From Clostridia bacterium (GTDB lineage: Bacteria > Bacillota > Clostridia > Christensenellales > UBA1242), in the NCBI GenBank assembly GCA_045650505.1, contig JAZRRE010000030.1:6966-70965 (forward strand): DNA of 64,000 bases, read 5' to 3'. Under the pieces are notes generated by a model. That model worked only from the letters and a program-made list of their open reading frames with translations. It searched no databases and had not been told where the DNA came from. A program made the translations under genes and the position numbers. Shown piece after piece: positions 44,364 through 53,225 of the stretch (position 1 is its first letter; every line of letters begins with the position of its first letter).

Positions 44364-45398
44364 TTAGTCAATATTTAAATATGTTTCCATTGGATAAGCC
44401 ATATACTTAATTTCTTCAAGTTGGTCACAAGTTACATAACCTGCTGGAGCACGAAGAAGCGATGGAATTCTGTTAACCATTGTTGCGCAAGTGTGTTCAA
44501 CAGTTGCTGGTTTTTCAACCTTAAATTTAACATTTGGTTCACCTTCGATTTCCCAATCGCAAAGGTCGCCATCTTCTGGACCATAAACTTTACCAATTGT
44601 TTGTTCTTCAATTGTGATACCTTGATATGTTTCAATAGTAACAACTGAAGCCATACCAATAACTCTTCCAGCTTTGATATCTTTTCCAAGTGTTTCAGAA
44701 TAAATATCTTTATCTGAAGTGTATGGCACATTTTCTTGCTTAATTGACTTAACTGTTAAGCCAAGTTTTGAGCAAATTGCTTCTGAAGCATTCCAAGCGT
44801 AAGATGGAATAACTTCTTCTGGATGAGCAAGTGTTTTTTCAAACTCATCAAGAGTAAGGTCACAACCGTGAACTTTTGCAAGTGCCAAACCATACTCATC
44901 AACATTATATGAATAAGCACCTTTAATTTTCTTGATAGAGTTGCAACCACCTGCAACCATACCAACAAAGTTAATCCAATAAATATCTTGCATACCACTG
45001 CCTGTAACTGTGCAGCCTGTTTCTTTTGCAAGAGCATCAAGTTTGTTTGTATATTCTGCTGCTGTTGTGTTAGGGTAAATTGCTTCTTCACAAGTTGTGA
45101 TAACATTGATTCCTCTAGATACACATTTTTCAACGTGTGGATAAATTTCTTCCATAAGTGAGAAGAGTGTAACGATTGCAACATCAGCGTCGCAGTTATC
45201 TAAAACCTCATCAGCATTGCTTGAAATTTTAACTCCAAGTTTAACTCCAAGTTCAGCATAATCACCAACATCCATACCAACAATTTCTGGATTGATGTCA
45301 ATAGCACCAACAATTTCAGCGCCGTGTTCGTGTAAATATCTTAAAATCCATTTAGACATTTTACCACAACCATATTGTACAACTTTAATTTTTCTCAT
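44364..45398 (-). CDS. DapB-like NAD(P)-dependent oxidoreductase (amine dehydrogenase / 2,4-diaminopentanoate dehydrogenase-like family, tentative)
   Basis: N-terminal Rossmann [12 protein letters not shown]. The overall pattern resembles the DapB-like amine dehydrogenases by eye only. Confidence 0.45.
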   Translation of the reverse strand: MRKIKVVQYGCGKMSKWILRYLHEHGAEIVGAIDINPEIVGMDVGDYAELGVKLGVKISSNADEVLDNCDADVAIVTLFSLMEEIYPHVEKCVSRGINVITTCEEAIYPNTTAAEYTNKLDALAKETGCTVTGSGMQDIYWINFVGMVAGGCNSIKKIKGAYSYNVDEYGLALAKVHGCDLTLDEFEKTLAHPEEVIPSYAWNASEAICSKLGLTVKSIKQENVPYTSDKDIYSETLGKDIKAGRVIGMASVVTIETYQGITIEEQTIGKVYGPEDGDLCDWEIEGEPNVKFKVEKPATVEHTCATMVNRIPSLLRAPAGYVTCDQLEEIKYMAYPMETYLNID

Positions 45399-45485
45399 TT
45401 AAATAAATCTCCTTTTTTATTTTAGTTGCTAAATTAATTATAGACTATTTTATTTTTTTTTGACAATCAAATAAGCAAATTTTTC

Positions 45486-45525
45486 AAAAATAAAAGCACT
45501 TATCAACCTAGATAAGTGCTTTTTG
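45486..45525 (-). terminator. intrinsic terminator (CACTTATC palindrome family)
   Basis: Stem AGCACTTATC/GATAAGTGCT (45495-45520) flanked by A- and T-runs. Confidence 0.7.
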
Positions 45526-45526
45526 T

Positions 45527-46270
45527 TTATTTCTTTCTTAAAATTTTGTCTTTGATAACTTTCAAGTGAGCTTTTATTTCATTTTTTTCATTGTTAACAA
45601 TGGTTTGTTTCTTTATTTCTTTTTCTCTTTTTTGTTCTATTAACCTTTCTTCAAACTCTTCTTCTAGTTTTTTAACCTTTAATTCCGTTTTAGTCAATTC
45701 TGGTTCTTTTTCTTTTGTAATTTTCTTTGCAATAGCTTCAATCGGTGCATCAATAATTTTTAACGCAGCCCCTTTAACGCCTCCTAACTCACTTGCTTTA
45801 AATACAATGCTGAAATCATCTTGAACTGCAATCATAAACATATTGACATAATTTTCAATAAATATTCTTAACAATTCAACTATAACTTGAACTAATAAAG
45901 ATATTGCTGAAACAATTAACAATATTTTGGATAAATCACTCACAGGATAAATTATCATATTTATCACATTAACGACAAGCATTGTTCCATTAACAATATA
46001 TTTTAATACTCTTAAAAATCTTTTAAATCTTTTTATCCTTGTTGTTGTTTTTGAATAAGTTAATAAATAGTTTACAAATGTTATAACTGCAATAGAGAAC
46101 AACAATGAATAAGTTATTAAGAATATAAAATTATCAACATTAATGTAAATTGAATAACCATAAAATCCAAAGAATATCAACGAAACTATAATTGTTGTCC
46201 AAAATAAAATCTTTTTTACATCTTCAACAAGTTTTAATCCAACTGCTCTTGTGCTTCCTAAAATTGCCAT
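45527..46270 (-). CDS. membrane protein with C-terminal charged coiled-coil tail
   Basis: 247-aa ORF with SD AAGGAGA, 4 hydrophobic segments and a K/E-rich C-terminus. Confidence 0.45.
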   Translation of the reverse strand: MAILGSTRAVGLKLVEDVKKILFWTTIIVSLIFFGFYGYSIYINVDNFIFLITYSLLFSIAVITFVNYLLTYSKTTTRIKRFKRFLRVLKYIVNGTMLVVNVINMIIYPVSDLSKILLIVSAISLLVQVIVELLRIFIENYVNMFMIAVQDDFSIVFKASELGGVKGAALKIIDAPIEAIAKKITKEKEPELTKTELKVKKLEEEFEERLIEQKREKEIKKQTIVNNEKNEIKAHLKVIKDKILRKK

Positions 46271-46349
46271 AAAATATTTCTCCTTTTGTTTTATTTAAGC
46301 ATAATTATGCTTCATTAAATAAATTGTAAATCTCGCGAATAACTCACAA

Positions 46350-47513
46350 CTAGGTTTTACCCACCATTTCGCAATTTTCATCTTTAATTCTAAACAAATA
46401 TTTTTTGCACCATTTAATTTTTGAAAGTAACCAAATTATCAAAACACTTCCAGCAAATGAAATTAATTCCAAAACAAAGAATTGACCTATTGGTGTGAAT
46501 GTTGCAAGCCAAGTTTTTGCATTCCAATAAATTGGGTCCATAATCACGATATGAACAAAATAAATTGCAAATGATATTTTTGAAATATAAGTCACAGGTT
46601 TGCGTTCTTTAACTCTTTCACCAAGTCTTCTCAAAAGTTCAAACAAAACTGCAGAAACAATCAATATTCCCACAAAATCATAAGAAATAACATAATTTGC
46701 AGCTTTACTATAAGCAAAAAATTGATAACCAACCATAGCAGACAAACCTAAAACAAAGAATGTTATAACTGCCCATAAAGGGATTTTTTTCAACCAACCT
46801 TCGTGAATAAAATATCCAACAAATACATATAAAAAATGCACAGGAATTAAATAGCCAGGCAAAACTGAATATAAGTCACTTGACCCATTTAACACCGTAA
46901 CAAAATCATTTAAATTTCCAACAAGCATTCCAGAAAATAACACAACAAGCAATATTGGAATAAACGCTTTTAAAGACATTTTATTTTTAACTAAAACAAT
47001 GAACGGTATCAACAAATATACACAAAGTATCATTGGCATATACCACATACTATTAAATGAAACTTGGTCAATAAATAACATCGTTTTTAACAAATCTTTA
47101 ATAATAACCCAAACCGATGTGGTTTTTGTCACTGCAAAGTTAGTTGGATTTACTAAAATAAGAACCCAATACATAATAAAGTACCAGATAAGTGTAGTTG
47201 TTAAAAGTGAAAGCACATTATGTTTATAAAATCGTTTCACATCTTTTTCATCTTCGATTTTCTTATTTAAAAGCAATGCACCTGTTATCATTAAAAATAA
47301 GGGCACGCCGAAATGACTAACAACCGTAACAAGGGCTTTAAATAAATTTTCAAAAACTGAAAGCTCTAAAAACTCAAAATATTGCGCCCCATAACCACCA
47401 TAATTAACAAAACTTCTATTTATCGCATGGTTTGCAGAGATTAAAATTACTGCAATAAATCTTGCAATATCAAGATAATAAATTCTTTTTCTTTCCGTTA
47501 ATAAATTTCCCAT
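46350..47513 (-). CDS. acyltransferase family 3 membrane protein
   Basis: About 10 TM segments. N-terminal YLDIARFIAVILISANH is typical of Acyl_transf_3. Ends in TAG. Confidence 0.65.
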   Translation of the reverse strand: MGNLLTERKRIYYLDIARFIAVILISANHAINRSFVNYGGYGAQYFEFLELSVFENLFKALVTVVSHFGVPLFLMITGALLLNKKIEDEKDVKRFYKHNVLSLLTTTLIWYFIMYWVLILVNPTNFAVTKTTSVWVIIKDLLKTMLFIDQVSFNSMWYMPMILCVYLLIPFIVLVKNKMSLKAFIPILLVVLFSGMLVGNLNDFVTVLNGSSDLYSVLPGYLIPVHFLYVFVGYFIHEGWLKKIPLWAVITFFVLGLSAMVGYQFFAYSKAANYVISYDFVGILIVSAVLFELLRRLGERVKERKPVTYISKISFAIYFVHIVIMDPIYWNAKTWLATFTPIGQFFVLELISFAGSVLIIWLLSKIKWCKKYLFRIKDENCEMVGKT

Positions 47514-47638
47514 AAAGACCTCTTAAAAATGATGCATATTCTATATACATCACTTATTATACTAATTGTTGAAAATATATTTTGTCAAATATTTTATTAT
47601 TATTTATATATGTGCTATAATGTTTTCAGGAGAAAAAT

Positions 47639-48703
47639 ATGAGCAATTATTTAAATGGTTTAGACCCGTTAAGAAAACAATATTTTGAAATTTTATCCCC
47701 TGAATTTCCAGAGTGGATTTTGCCTTATGTTGACACTGCAGAAATGCAAAGACTTTCAGGAATCAGTATGCTTTGTGGCACTGACTATTCAGGCATATAT
47801 AAATACCCTTCATTCAACTCAACCCTTGACCACAGTGTTGGCGTTGCACTTATGATTTGGAATTTCACCAAAGACAAAAAGCAAACCCTTGCAGGGCTTT
47901 TTCACGATATTGCAACCCCGACATTCAAACATTGTATTGACTTTATGAACGGAGATTCCGAGCATCAAGAATCAACCGAAGAACGCACTGAACAAATCAT
48001 TCGTGGTTCACAAAAAATTATGTCACTTCTTGAAAAAGACAACATTTCTGTCGGGGAAATTTGTGACTATCACATTTACCCAATTGCCGACAACGACACA
48101 CCAAGATTAAGTGCTGACAGATTTGAATACACTTTTTCAAACAGTTTGTTTTTATATGCTGCATTCACACTTGCAGATATTAAGCGTTTTTATGAAGACA
48201 TTGTGGTTTTGAAAAACGAAGACGATGAAGACGAACTCTCTTTCAAAACCCCTGAAATTTGCAAAGACTTTCTGCTTCAAACCCTTCCGGTTTTTGCAAT
48301 TTATGATAGTGACCCAAACCGAACCATTATGCAGTTTTACGCTGACCTTATGAAAAGTTTAAGTATTAAAAATTTAATCACAGTTGATGACCTTTACATT
48401 ATGTCCGAAGCCGATGTCAATAACCTCATCTTAAATTCTGGTGATAATTATTTAATCACTGCTTTTAAAAACTTTCAAAACGCAACTTCTGTTTTTGGAA
48501 GTGAAGAACATGTTTCAAATAAATACTGCATAAGTGTTAAAGGCAAAAAAAGATACATTGTGCCTCTTGCAAAACACGAAAACGGGGTTTCAAGAATAAC
48601 AGAAATCGACGAAGATTGCAAAAACGCAGTTGAGAAATATAAAGTTTTAAAGCGCTCAAAATACACCGGTTTTGATTTTGATTTCAAACCTTATGAAAAT
48701 TAA
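47639..48703 (+). CDS. HD-domain protein
   Basis: LDHSVGVA ... GLFHDIATPTFKH (H...HD) motifs. SD AGGAG upstream. Confidence 0.6.
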   Translation: MSNYLNGLDPLRKQYFEILSPEFPEWILPYVDTAEMQRLSGISMLCGTDYSGIYKYPSFNSTLDHSVGVALMIWNFTKDKKQTLAGLFHDIATPTFKHCIDFMNGDSEHQESTEERTEQIIRGSQKIMSLLEKDNISVGEICDYHIYPIADNDTPRLSADRFEYTFSNSLFLYAAFTLADIKRFYEDIVVLKNEDDEDELSFKTPEICKDFLLQTLPVFAIYDSDPNRTIMQFYADLMKSLSIKNLITVDDLYIMSEADVNNLILNSGDNYLITAFKNFQNATSVFGSEEHVSNKYCISVKGKKRYIVPLAKHENGVSRITEIDEDCKNAVEKYKVLKRSKYTGFDFDFKPYEN

Positions 48704-48739
48704 TCACAAAAAAAAGACTTGGAAATTTCCAAGTCTTTT
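48703..48739. repeat. copy 1 of duplicated terminator hairpin flanking the SDR gene
   Basis: ATCACAAAAAAAAGACTTGGAAATTTCCAAGTCTTTT. It also acts as an A-run/hairpin/T-run terminator. Confidence 0.8.
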
Positions 48740-48743
48740 TTTA

Positions 48744-49493
48744 TTATGCTCTTGCACAGCCATCAACTGAAAGAATTTCACCTGTAACATAAGAAGCCAT
48801 ATCACTTGCAAGATAAACAAATGCATACGCAACATCTTCAGGTTCGCCAATTCTGCCAAGAGGAATAGTTTTGCAAATGCCTTCTCTCATTGCTTCAGGA
48901 AGATTTGCAACCATATCAGTGTTTGTAACACCAGGAGCAACAGCATTAACACGAATGTGGTCAGGAGCAAGTTCTCTTGCAAGTGACTTTGTTAAACCGT
49001 TAACAGCAAATTTTGAAGCAGGGTAAGCACAACCAGCAGGTTGACCATAAATTGAAACCATTGAAGAAGTGTTGATAATCACACCACCACCATTTGCTTT
49101 CATAATAGGAGCAACTGCTTTGGTTGCATAAAACACAGCATTAACATTAAGAGCAATAACATTATCAAAATCTTCAACTTTATAGTCATAAATGCTTTCT
49201 CTTGCAGAAACACCTGCATTGTTAACCAAAATGTCAATCTTGCCATATTTTTTAGCAACATAGTTGATTGCTTCTTCAACTGATTTATAATCTGTGAGAT
49301 TTGGATAAATTCCTTCAACCTTAAATTTTGAATTTGTTTTCTTTAAACTTTCAACAGCCTTGTCTGCAGATTCTTTTCTTGAACCACACAAAACAACAGT
49401 TGCACCATTTTTAAGATATTCTTCAACAATTGAGTAACCAATACCTCTTGTGCCACCGGTAACAACTGCAACCTTTCCTTTTAATAATTCCAT
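48744..49493 (-). CDS. fabG: short-chain dehydrogenase/reductase, 3-oxoacyl-ACP reductase-like
   Basis: TGGTRGIG cofactor motif, NNAG, and YPASK (YxxxK) catalytic motif. Confidence 0.8.
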   Translation of the reverse strand: MELLKGKVAVVTGGTRGIGYSIVEEYLKNGATVVLCGSRKESADKAVESLKKTNSKFKVEGIYPNLTDYKSVEEAINYVAKKYGKIDILVNNAGVSARESIYDYKVEDFDNVIALNVNAVFYATKAVAPIMKANGGGVIINTSSMVSIYGQPAGCAYPASKFAVNGLTKSLARELAPDHIRVNAVAPGVTNTDMVANLPEAMREGICKTIPLGRIGEPEDVAYAFVYLASDMASYVTGEILSVDGCARA

Positions 49494-49591
49494 AATATTC
49501 TCCTTTTTTATTGTTTGGTATATTCACCTAAAACCATCATAACATAACGAAAAGCAATAATCAAAATATATAAACAACCTTCCTTAATTTT

Positions 49592-49627
49592 ATCACAAAA
49601 AAAGACTTGGAAATTTCCAAGTCTTTT
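49592..49627. repeat. copy 2 of duplicated terminator hairpin flanking the SDR gene
   Basis: ATCACAAAAAAAGACTTGGAAATTTCCAAGTCTTTT. Identical to copy 1 except for one fewer A. Confidence 0.8.
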
Positions 49628-49646
49628 AAAATAATCTTTTAACTAA

Positions 49647-52562
49647 TTAGTCAAATCTACCAACTTTTTCATTTTTGATGTTAGTATTTGTTTTAGCAGT
49701 AATGTTTTTACCTGATTCATTCCATGTTACAGTAACTCTTGTTGCAGTGCAACTTGTGCAAGAAGCAACATTGTCTAAACAACCAATTAATTGACCTGCA
49801 TCTCTGTCAGCATCAACTGTGCAATCTGTTGCTTTGCAACCAGAAATTGAAGCAGTTGCAGAAGCATTGTTTGTTCTAGCAAATTGTCCAACAATGATAC
49901 CAACTTTATCACCAGATTCATCAGCATCTAAATATACACAACTTGCAGAAGCATTTTTAACTTCTGCTTTTGAAATGTTTGAGTTAAGTGAGAAACCAAC
50001 AACAACACCAACATAGTGGTTGCCATCAACTTCAGCACCATTAACTTTAACATTCTTAATTTCAGCAGAAACAATGTGACCAAATAAACCAACACCTGTT
50101 GCAGCATTTGCGTTAGCAGCACCACCAACAAAAGTTGTTACCTTAAGGTTATAAACTGTTTTGCCATTACCATCAAATGTTCCACGGAAAGAAGCACCAA
50201 ATTGAATAACTTCAGAGAAGTTGCTGTAACCATAGCCGATTGGAGTCCATTCAATGTTGTCTAAATCAATATCTTTAGCAAGTTTGATTGTGTAACCATC
50301 AAATGTGTTGCCAGCATTAACTGCTGCAGCAAATGCTGCAAATTCATCAGCTGTGTTGATTGTGATTACATTATTAACAGCGGTTGGAAGAGTTCCAACT
50401 GTTCCTTTCCATAAACTGATTGTTGCAGAATCTCTACCAAGAACTTCGTTCTTAATATTTTCACCTGTGCTTGTTCCGTTTGCAGAAACAAGAACAGCTA
50501 CAGCAGAAACATTTCTTAAAGTTGTTGAACCTGCAGCGCAACCTACAACTTGACCAGCATCTCTTCCTGCTTTTACTCTTGAAGAACTAGCAGAAATTCC
50601 ATTTGCATTAACGTGTGCAGCATAACCAATAAGAGCACCCGCTTTGTCGCCATCTTCATCTTCATTGAAGTGTGTGCAATTAATTGTTGCATTCACAACT
50701 GAACAATTTTCAACTGTTGTTTTTGATGCCCAACCAATAAGAGCACCAACAAAGTGGTTACCATCAACTCTTGCACTATCAATTTTTACATTTTTGATAA
50801 CTGCTGGATCGTTTGTGCAACCAAATAAACCAACACCTTTTGCTGCTTTAGCTGCAGGAGCACCACCAATAAAGTTTGTGATTTTAAGATTTGAAATTGT
50901 AAAATTCTTTCCATCAAATGTTCCAGCAAAATAGTGTGTGGTTGTGTTTGCACCAGAACCATAACCAATTGGTGTCCATTCAATGTTGTTTAAATCAATA
51001 TCATTTGCAAGTTCAATAGTTTTTCCAGCAAATGTGTTGCCTTCGTTAACAGCTTTTGCAAAAGCAGCAAGTTCATTAGCTGTTGAAATAACAATTACAT
51101 TTTCTGTTACTTCAGCAGGAAGTTCACCTGTTCTGCCAAGCCATAAATCTTTGCCTAAAACTCTTCTATTTGCACCACATTCGTTGCAAGAACTATCACT
51201 ATCATTTGAATATGTGTGATTGTGATATGCTTCAGCGTTTTCAAAACTCATTGCACTGTAACCACTAGCACTTTCTAAAATTGCATCATCAACAATATTA
51301 ACAAATGCATAACTGATTCTGTCAGCAGCATTTTTATATGTGCTGAATTCTTCAATAGCGTGTTTTGATTTACTAACAAATCTGCCACCAGAAATATCAA
51401 CTGTTAAAGCCTTTTGATAACCAGCAGCTGGAACTGTGTTATAACCAACACATGAATCAACGATTAAAGCAGAACCTGTTGGATAGAATCCACTTCCATT
51501 ATGGTCTTTTTCAAAAGTATCATCACCAACTGCTTTTACTGTGCAGTTTGTGAAGTAATGGTGACCACTCTTTGCATAATAACCTGTGAAACCTTCAAAA
51601 TAACAATTTTCATAAGAATAAATAACTTTTCCTGAAGCTAAATATACACCAGCAGAAACATCATCATAAGTTGGACCTACAACTTTTGTTCCAATAAATT
51701 TGCAATCTTTAGCGTTAACAGTTGTGCTACTTGAATAGTTTCCGTTTGAAGCAAGAGAACCCCAATAACCTTTAAATGTTACATTTTCGAAATCAATATC
51801 ATAAATATTGTTTGTTTTAAGAACAACTGTGTAATCGGTTTCATTGTTAGCAAAACCAACAATTGATTCAGCATTTGATGAGTTGAAAATTGAAAGTTTA
51901 ACAGTTTTGTCTGTTGTGAATGTTCCATTTGGTTTTTGAGTTCCAAGACCATAATAAGCACCTGAAACAGGGAATTGAGAAAGGTCACTTGCAATCAAGA
52001 TATATGAATTGATGTCATAACCATTAAGGTCGATTGCAATATCTTTGTCTTCATCTTTTGGGAAGATAAGAACTGGAGCAACCTTATTTCCGTTTGTTGT
52101 GTCTCTAACCATTTCGATATTGCCATCAAGTGTAATCACATGGTTTTTGTCAGTCACTTGAATTGCACTGTTGAGTGCAGCAAAATTTTTAACCGAAATT
52201 GGTGCTCTTTTAATTTCGAATGTTGTTGTGAATTCGAGATTAGCAGCAAGCACATCACTATCTGCGTTAGACTTAACAACAACTGTTGCAATACCTGCAT
52301 CAACATTGTTAAGATATTCAACAGTATAGTTATCACTTGTGACAATTTCATCATCATAAGTTAAAGTTACTGATGGTTCTTTTTCTGTGCCATCATAAAC
52401 AGTGCTTTCATAAGCAAGTGTAATGTTTTCTGATGCCATTGTGCTTTGCTTTGTTGCTTCATTTGATGGGTCTTTTTCACCATTGTCACAAGCAGCTAAA
52501 GAAAATGCCATTGGAAAAATCATACAAATTGCTACGAATAGACTTAAGATTTTCTTTTTCAT
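49647..52562 (-). CDS. large surface lipoprotein: MBG-like (YDG) domain, beta-helix region, two tandem GLUG-like modules
   Basis: Lipobox FSLAAC after a signal peptide. TVYDGTEKEPSV near the N-terminus. Two ~245-aa internal repeats. Confidence 0.7.
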   Translation of the reverse strand: MKKKILSLFVAICMIFPMAFSLAACDNGEKDPSNEATKQSTMASENITLAYESTVYDGTEKEPSVTLTYDDEIVTSDNYTVEYLNNVDAGIATVVVKSNADSDVLAANLEFTTTFEIKRAPISVKNFAALNSAIQVTDKNHVITLDGNIEMVRDTTNGNKVAPVLIFPKDEDKDIAIDLNGYDINSYILIASDLSQFPVSGAYYGLGTQKPNGTFTTDKTVKLSIFNSSNAESIVGFANNETDYTVVLKTNNIYDIDFENVTFKGYWGSLASNGNYSSSTTVNAKDCKFIGTKVVGPTYDDVSAGVYLASGKVIYSYENCYFEGFTGYYAKSGHHYFTNCTVKAVGDDTFEKDHNGSGFYPTGSALIVDSCVGYNTVPAAGYQKALTVDISGGRFVSKSKHAIEEFSTYKNAADRISYAFVNIVDDAILESASGYSAMSFENAEAYHNHTYSNDSDSSCNECGANRRVLGKDLWLGRTGELPAEVTENVIVISTANELAAFAKAVNEGNTFAGKTIELANDIDLNNIEWTPIGYGSGANTTTHYFAGTFDGKNFTISNLKITNFIGGAPAAKAAKGVGLFGCTNDPAVIKNVKIDSARVDGNHFVGALIGWASKTTVENCSVVNATINCTHFNEDEDGDKAGALIGYAAHVNANGISASSSRVKAGRDAGQVVGCAAGSTTLRNVSAVAVLVSANGTSTGENIKNEVLGRDSATISLWKGTVGTLPTAVNNVITINTADEFAAFAAAVNAGNTFDGYTIKLAKDIDLDNIEWTPIGYGYSNFSEVIQFGASFRGTFDGNGKTVYNLKVTTFVGGAANANAATGVGLFGHIVSAEIKNVKVNGAEVDGNHYVGVVVGFSLNSNISKAEVKNASASCVYLDADESGDKVGIIVGQFARTNNASATASISGCKATDCTVDADRDAGQLIGCLDNVASCTSCTATRVTVTWNESGKNITAKTNTNIKNEKVGRFD
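49650..51146 (-). repeat. in-frame tandem duplication inside the lipoprotein gene (unit A 50415-51146, unit B 49650-50414)
   Basis: Unit A: LWLGRTGELPAEV..NELAAFAKAVNEGNTFAGKTIELANDIDLNNIEWTPIGYG ... IKNEVLGRD. Unit B: LWKGTVGTLPTAV..DEFAAFAAAVNAGNTFDGYTIKLAKDIDLDNIEWTPIGYG ... IKNEKVGRFD. Confidence 0.8.
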
Positions 52563-52700
52563 TTTGTTTCTCCTTTTTGTTTTTCATAACCCATAACATA
52601 ATATGCTTGATTTAGTTAAAAGATTAAAAAACTTGCCCAATAAAAATGCCTACTCCCTTTTCTTTTATTGCGGCATATTAAAAAGATTATGTACACTTAC

Positions 52701-52729
52701 ATTATACCCCCTTAAAAAAATGATGTCAA
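52701..52729 (-). promoter_or_regulatory. consensus sigma-A promoter of the lipoprotein gene
   Basis: Minus strand TTGACA (52729-52724), 17 nt, TATAAT (52706-52701). Phased A-tracts (52742-52790) lie upstream of the -35. Confidence 0.65.
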
Positions 52730-52921
52730 CCCCCATTTTTGAATTTTATTTTTATTTTTTTTCGTATTTTTTCGACATTTTTCGACACTTGAAATTATCA
52801 GCATTTACACGCTTTATATAAATATATATTATAATGTAAAGTATATTTTAAATCATTAATATAACACACCATAAATTTTAAGGTGGTTTTAACCCCTTCA
52901 AAAAGAAAAATTAATAAAAGG

Positions 52922-52950
52922 TTGACAGTTATGAAATAATATGTTATAAT
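52922..52950 (+). promoter_or_regulatory. consensus sigma-A promoter of the aspS-gatCAB leader
   Basis: TTGACA (52922-52927), 17 nt, TATAAT (52945-52950). Confidence 0.7.
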
Positions 52951-52995
52951 AGTGGCAGTTTAGAGATAAACTAACTAAAAAAAGGAATATATGCA

Positions 52996-53052
52996 ATGAT
53001 TAGAATTATCGATAATAATAACAATAATAATTGCGTAAGCGTCACAAAATAG
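52996..53052 (+). CDS. candidate leader peptide MIRIIDNNNNNNCVSVTK (six consecutive Asn codons)
   Basis: Not in the ORF track. SD AGGA (52983-52986) lies 9 nt before the ATG. Asn codons AAT AAT AAC AAT AAT AAT at 53014-53031, TAG at 53050-53052. Confidence 0.55.
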   Translation: MIRIIDNNNNNNCVSVTK

Positions 53053-53104
53053 TGGGGTTCCTTTTATATTGTTAGTTAACAGATAATTAAAGAAAAAGTT
53101 GATT

Positions 53105-53140
53105 AGCGAAGTGGAAATCCCACTTCGCTTTATTTTTTGC
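53105..53140 (+). terminator. intrinsic terminator (attenuator) between the leader ORF and aspS
   Basis: 10-bp stem AGCGAAGTGG (53105-53114) / CCACTTCGCT (53120-53129), 5-nt loop, then TTATTTTTT. Confidence 0.75.
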
Positions 53141-53165
53141 ACAAAATATTTTAAGGAGAATAGCT

Positions 53166-53225
53166 ATGGTTTATAAACTCGGTAATGCCCTAGCAGGCGA
53201 ATATATAATGACAGACGCCAGATAG
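53166..53225 (+). CDS. candidate 19-aa micro-ORF MVYKLGNALAGEYIMTDAR
   Basis: Strong SD AAGGAG (53153-53158) lies 7 nt before the ATG. The TAG sits in the loop of hairpin GACGCC/GGCGTC (53214-53231). Confidence 0.3.
   Translation: MVYKLGNALAGEYIMTDAR

Noticed and set aside
48703-49627. Possibility that the repeat-flanked SDR gene is a mobile element (IS or MITE).
   Set aside because: There is no transposase, and no inverted terminal repeats beyond the hairpins themselves. The repeats are ordinary terminators. I kept it as a duplication or insertion footprint in findings, not as a mobile element call.
52563-52700. Possible ncRNA or riboswitch in the ~130-nt 5'-UTR of the lipoprotein gene, and the 72-aa plus-strand ORF at 52603-52821.
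   Set aside because: I saw only short, weak hairpins (for example ATGCC...GGCAT). I recognised no conserved riboswitch core. The plus-strand ORF has no SD and spans promoter DNA.
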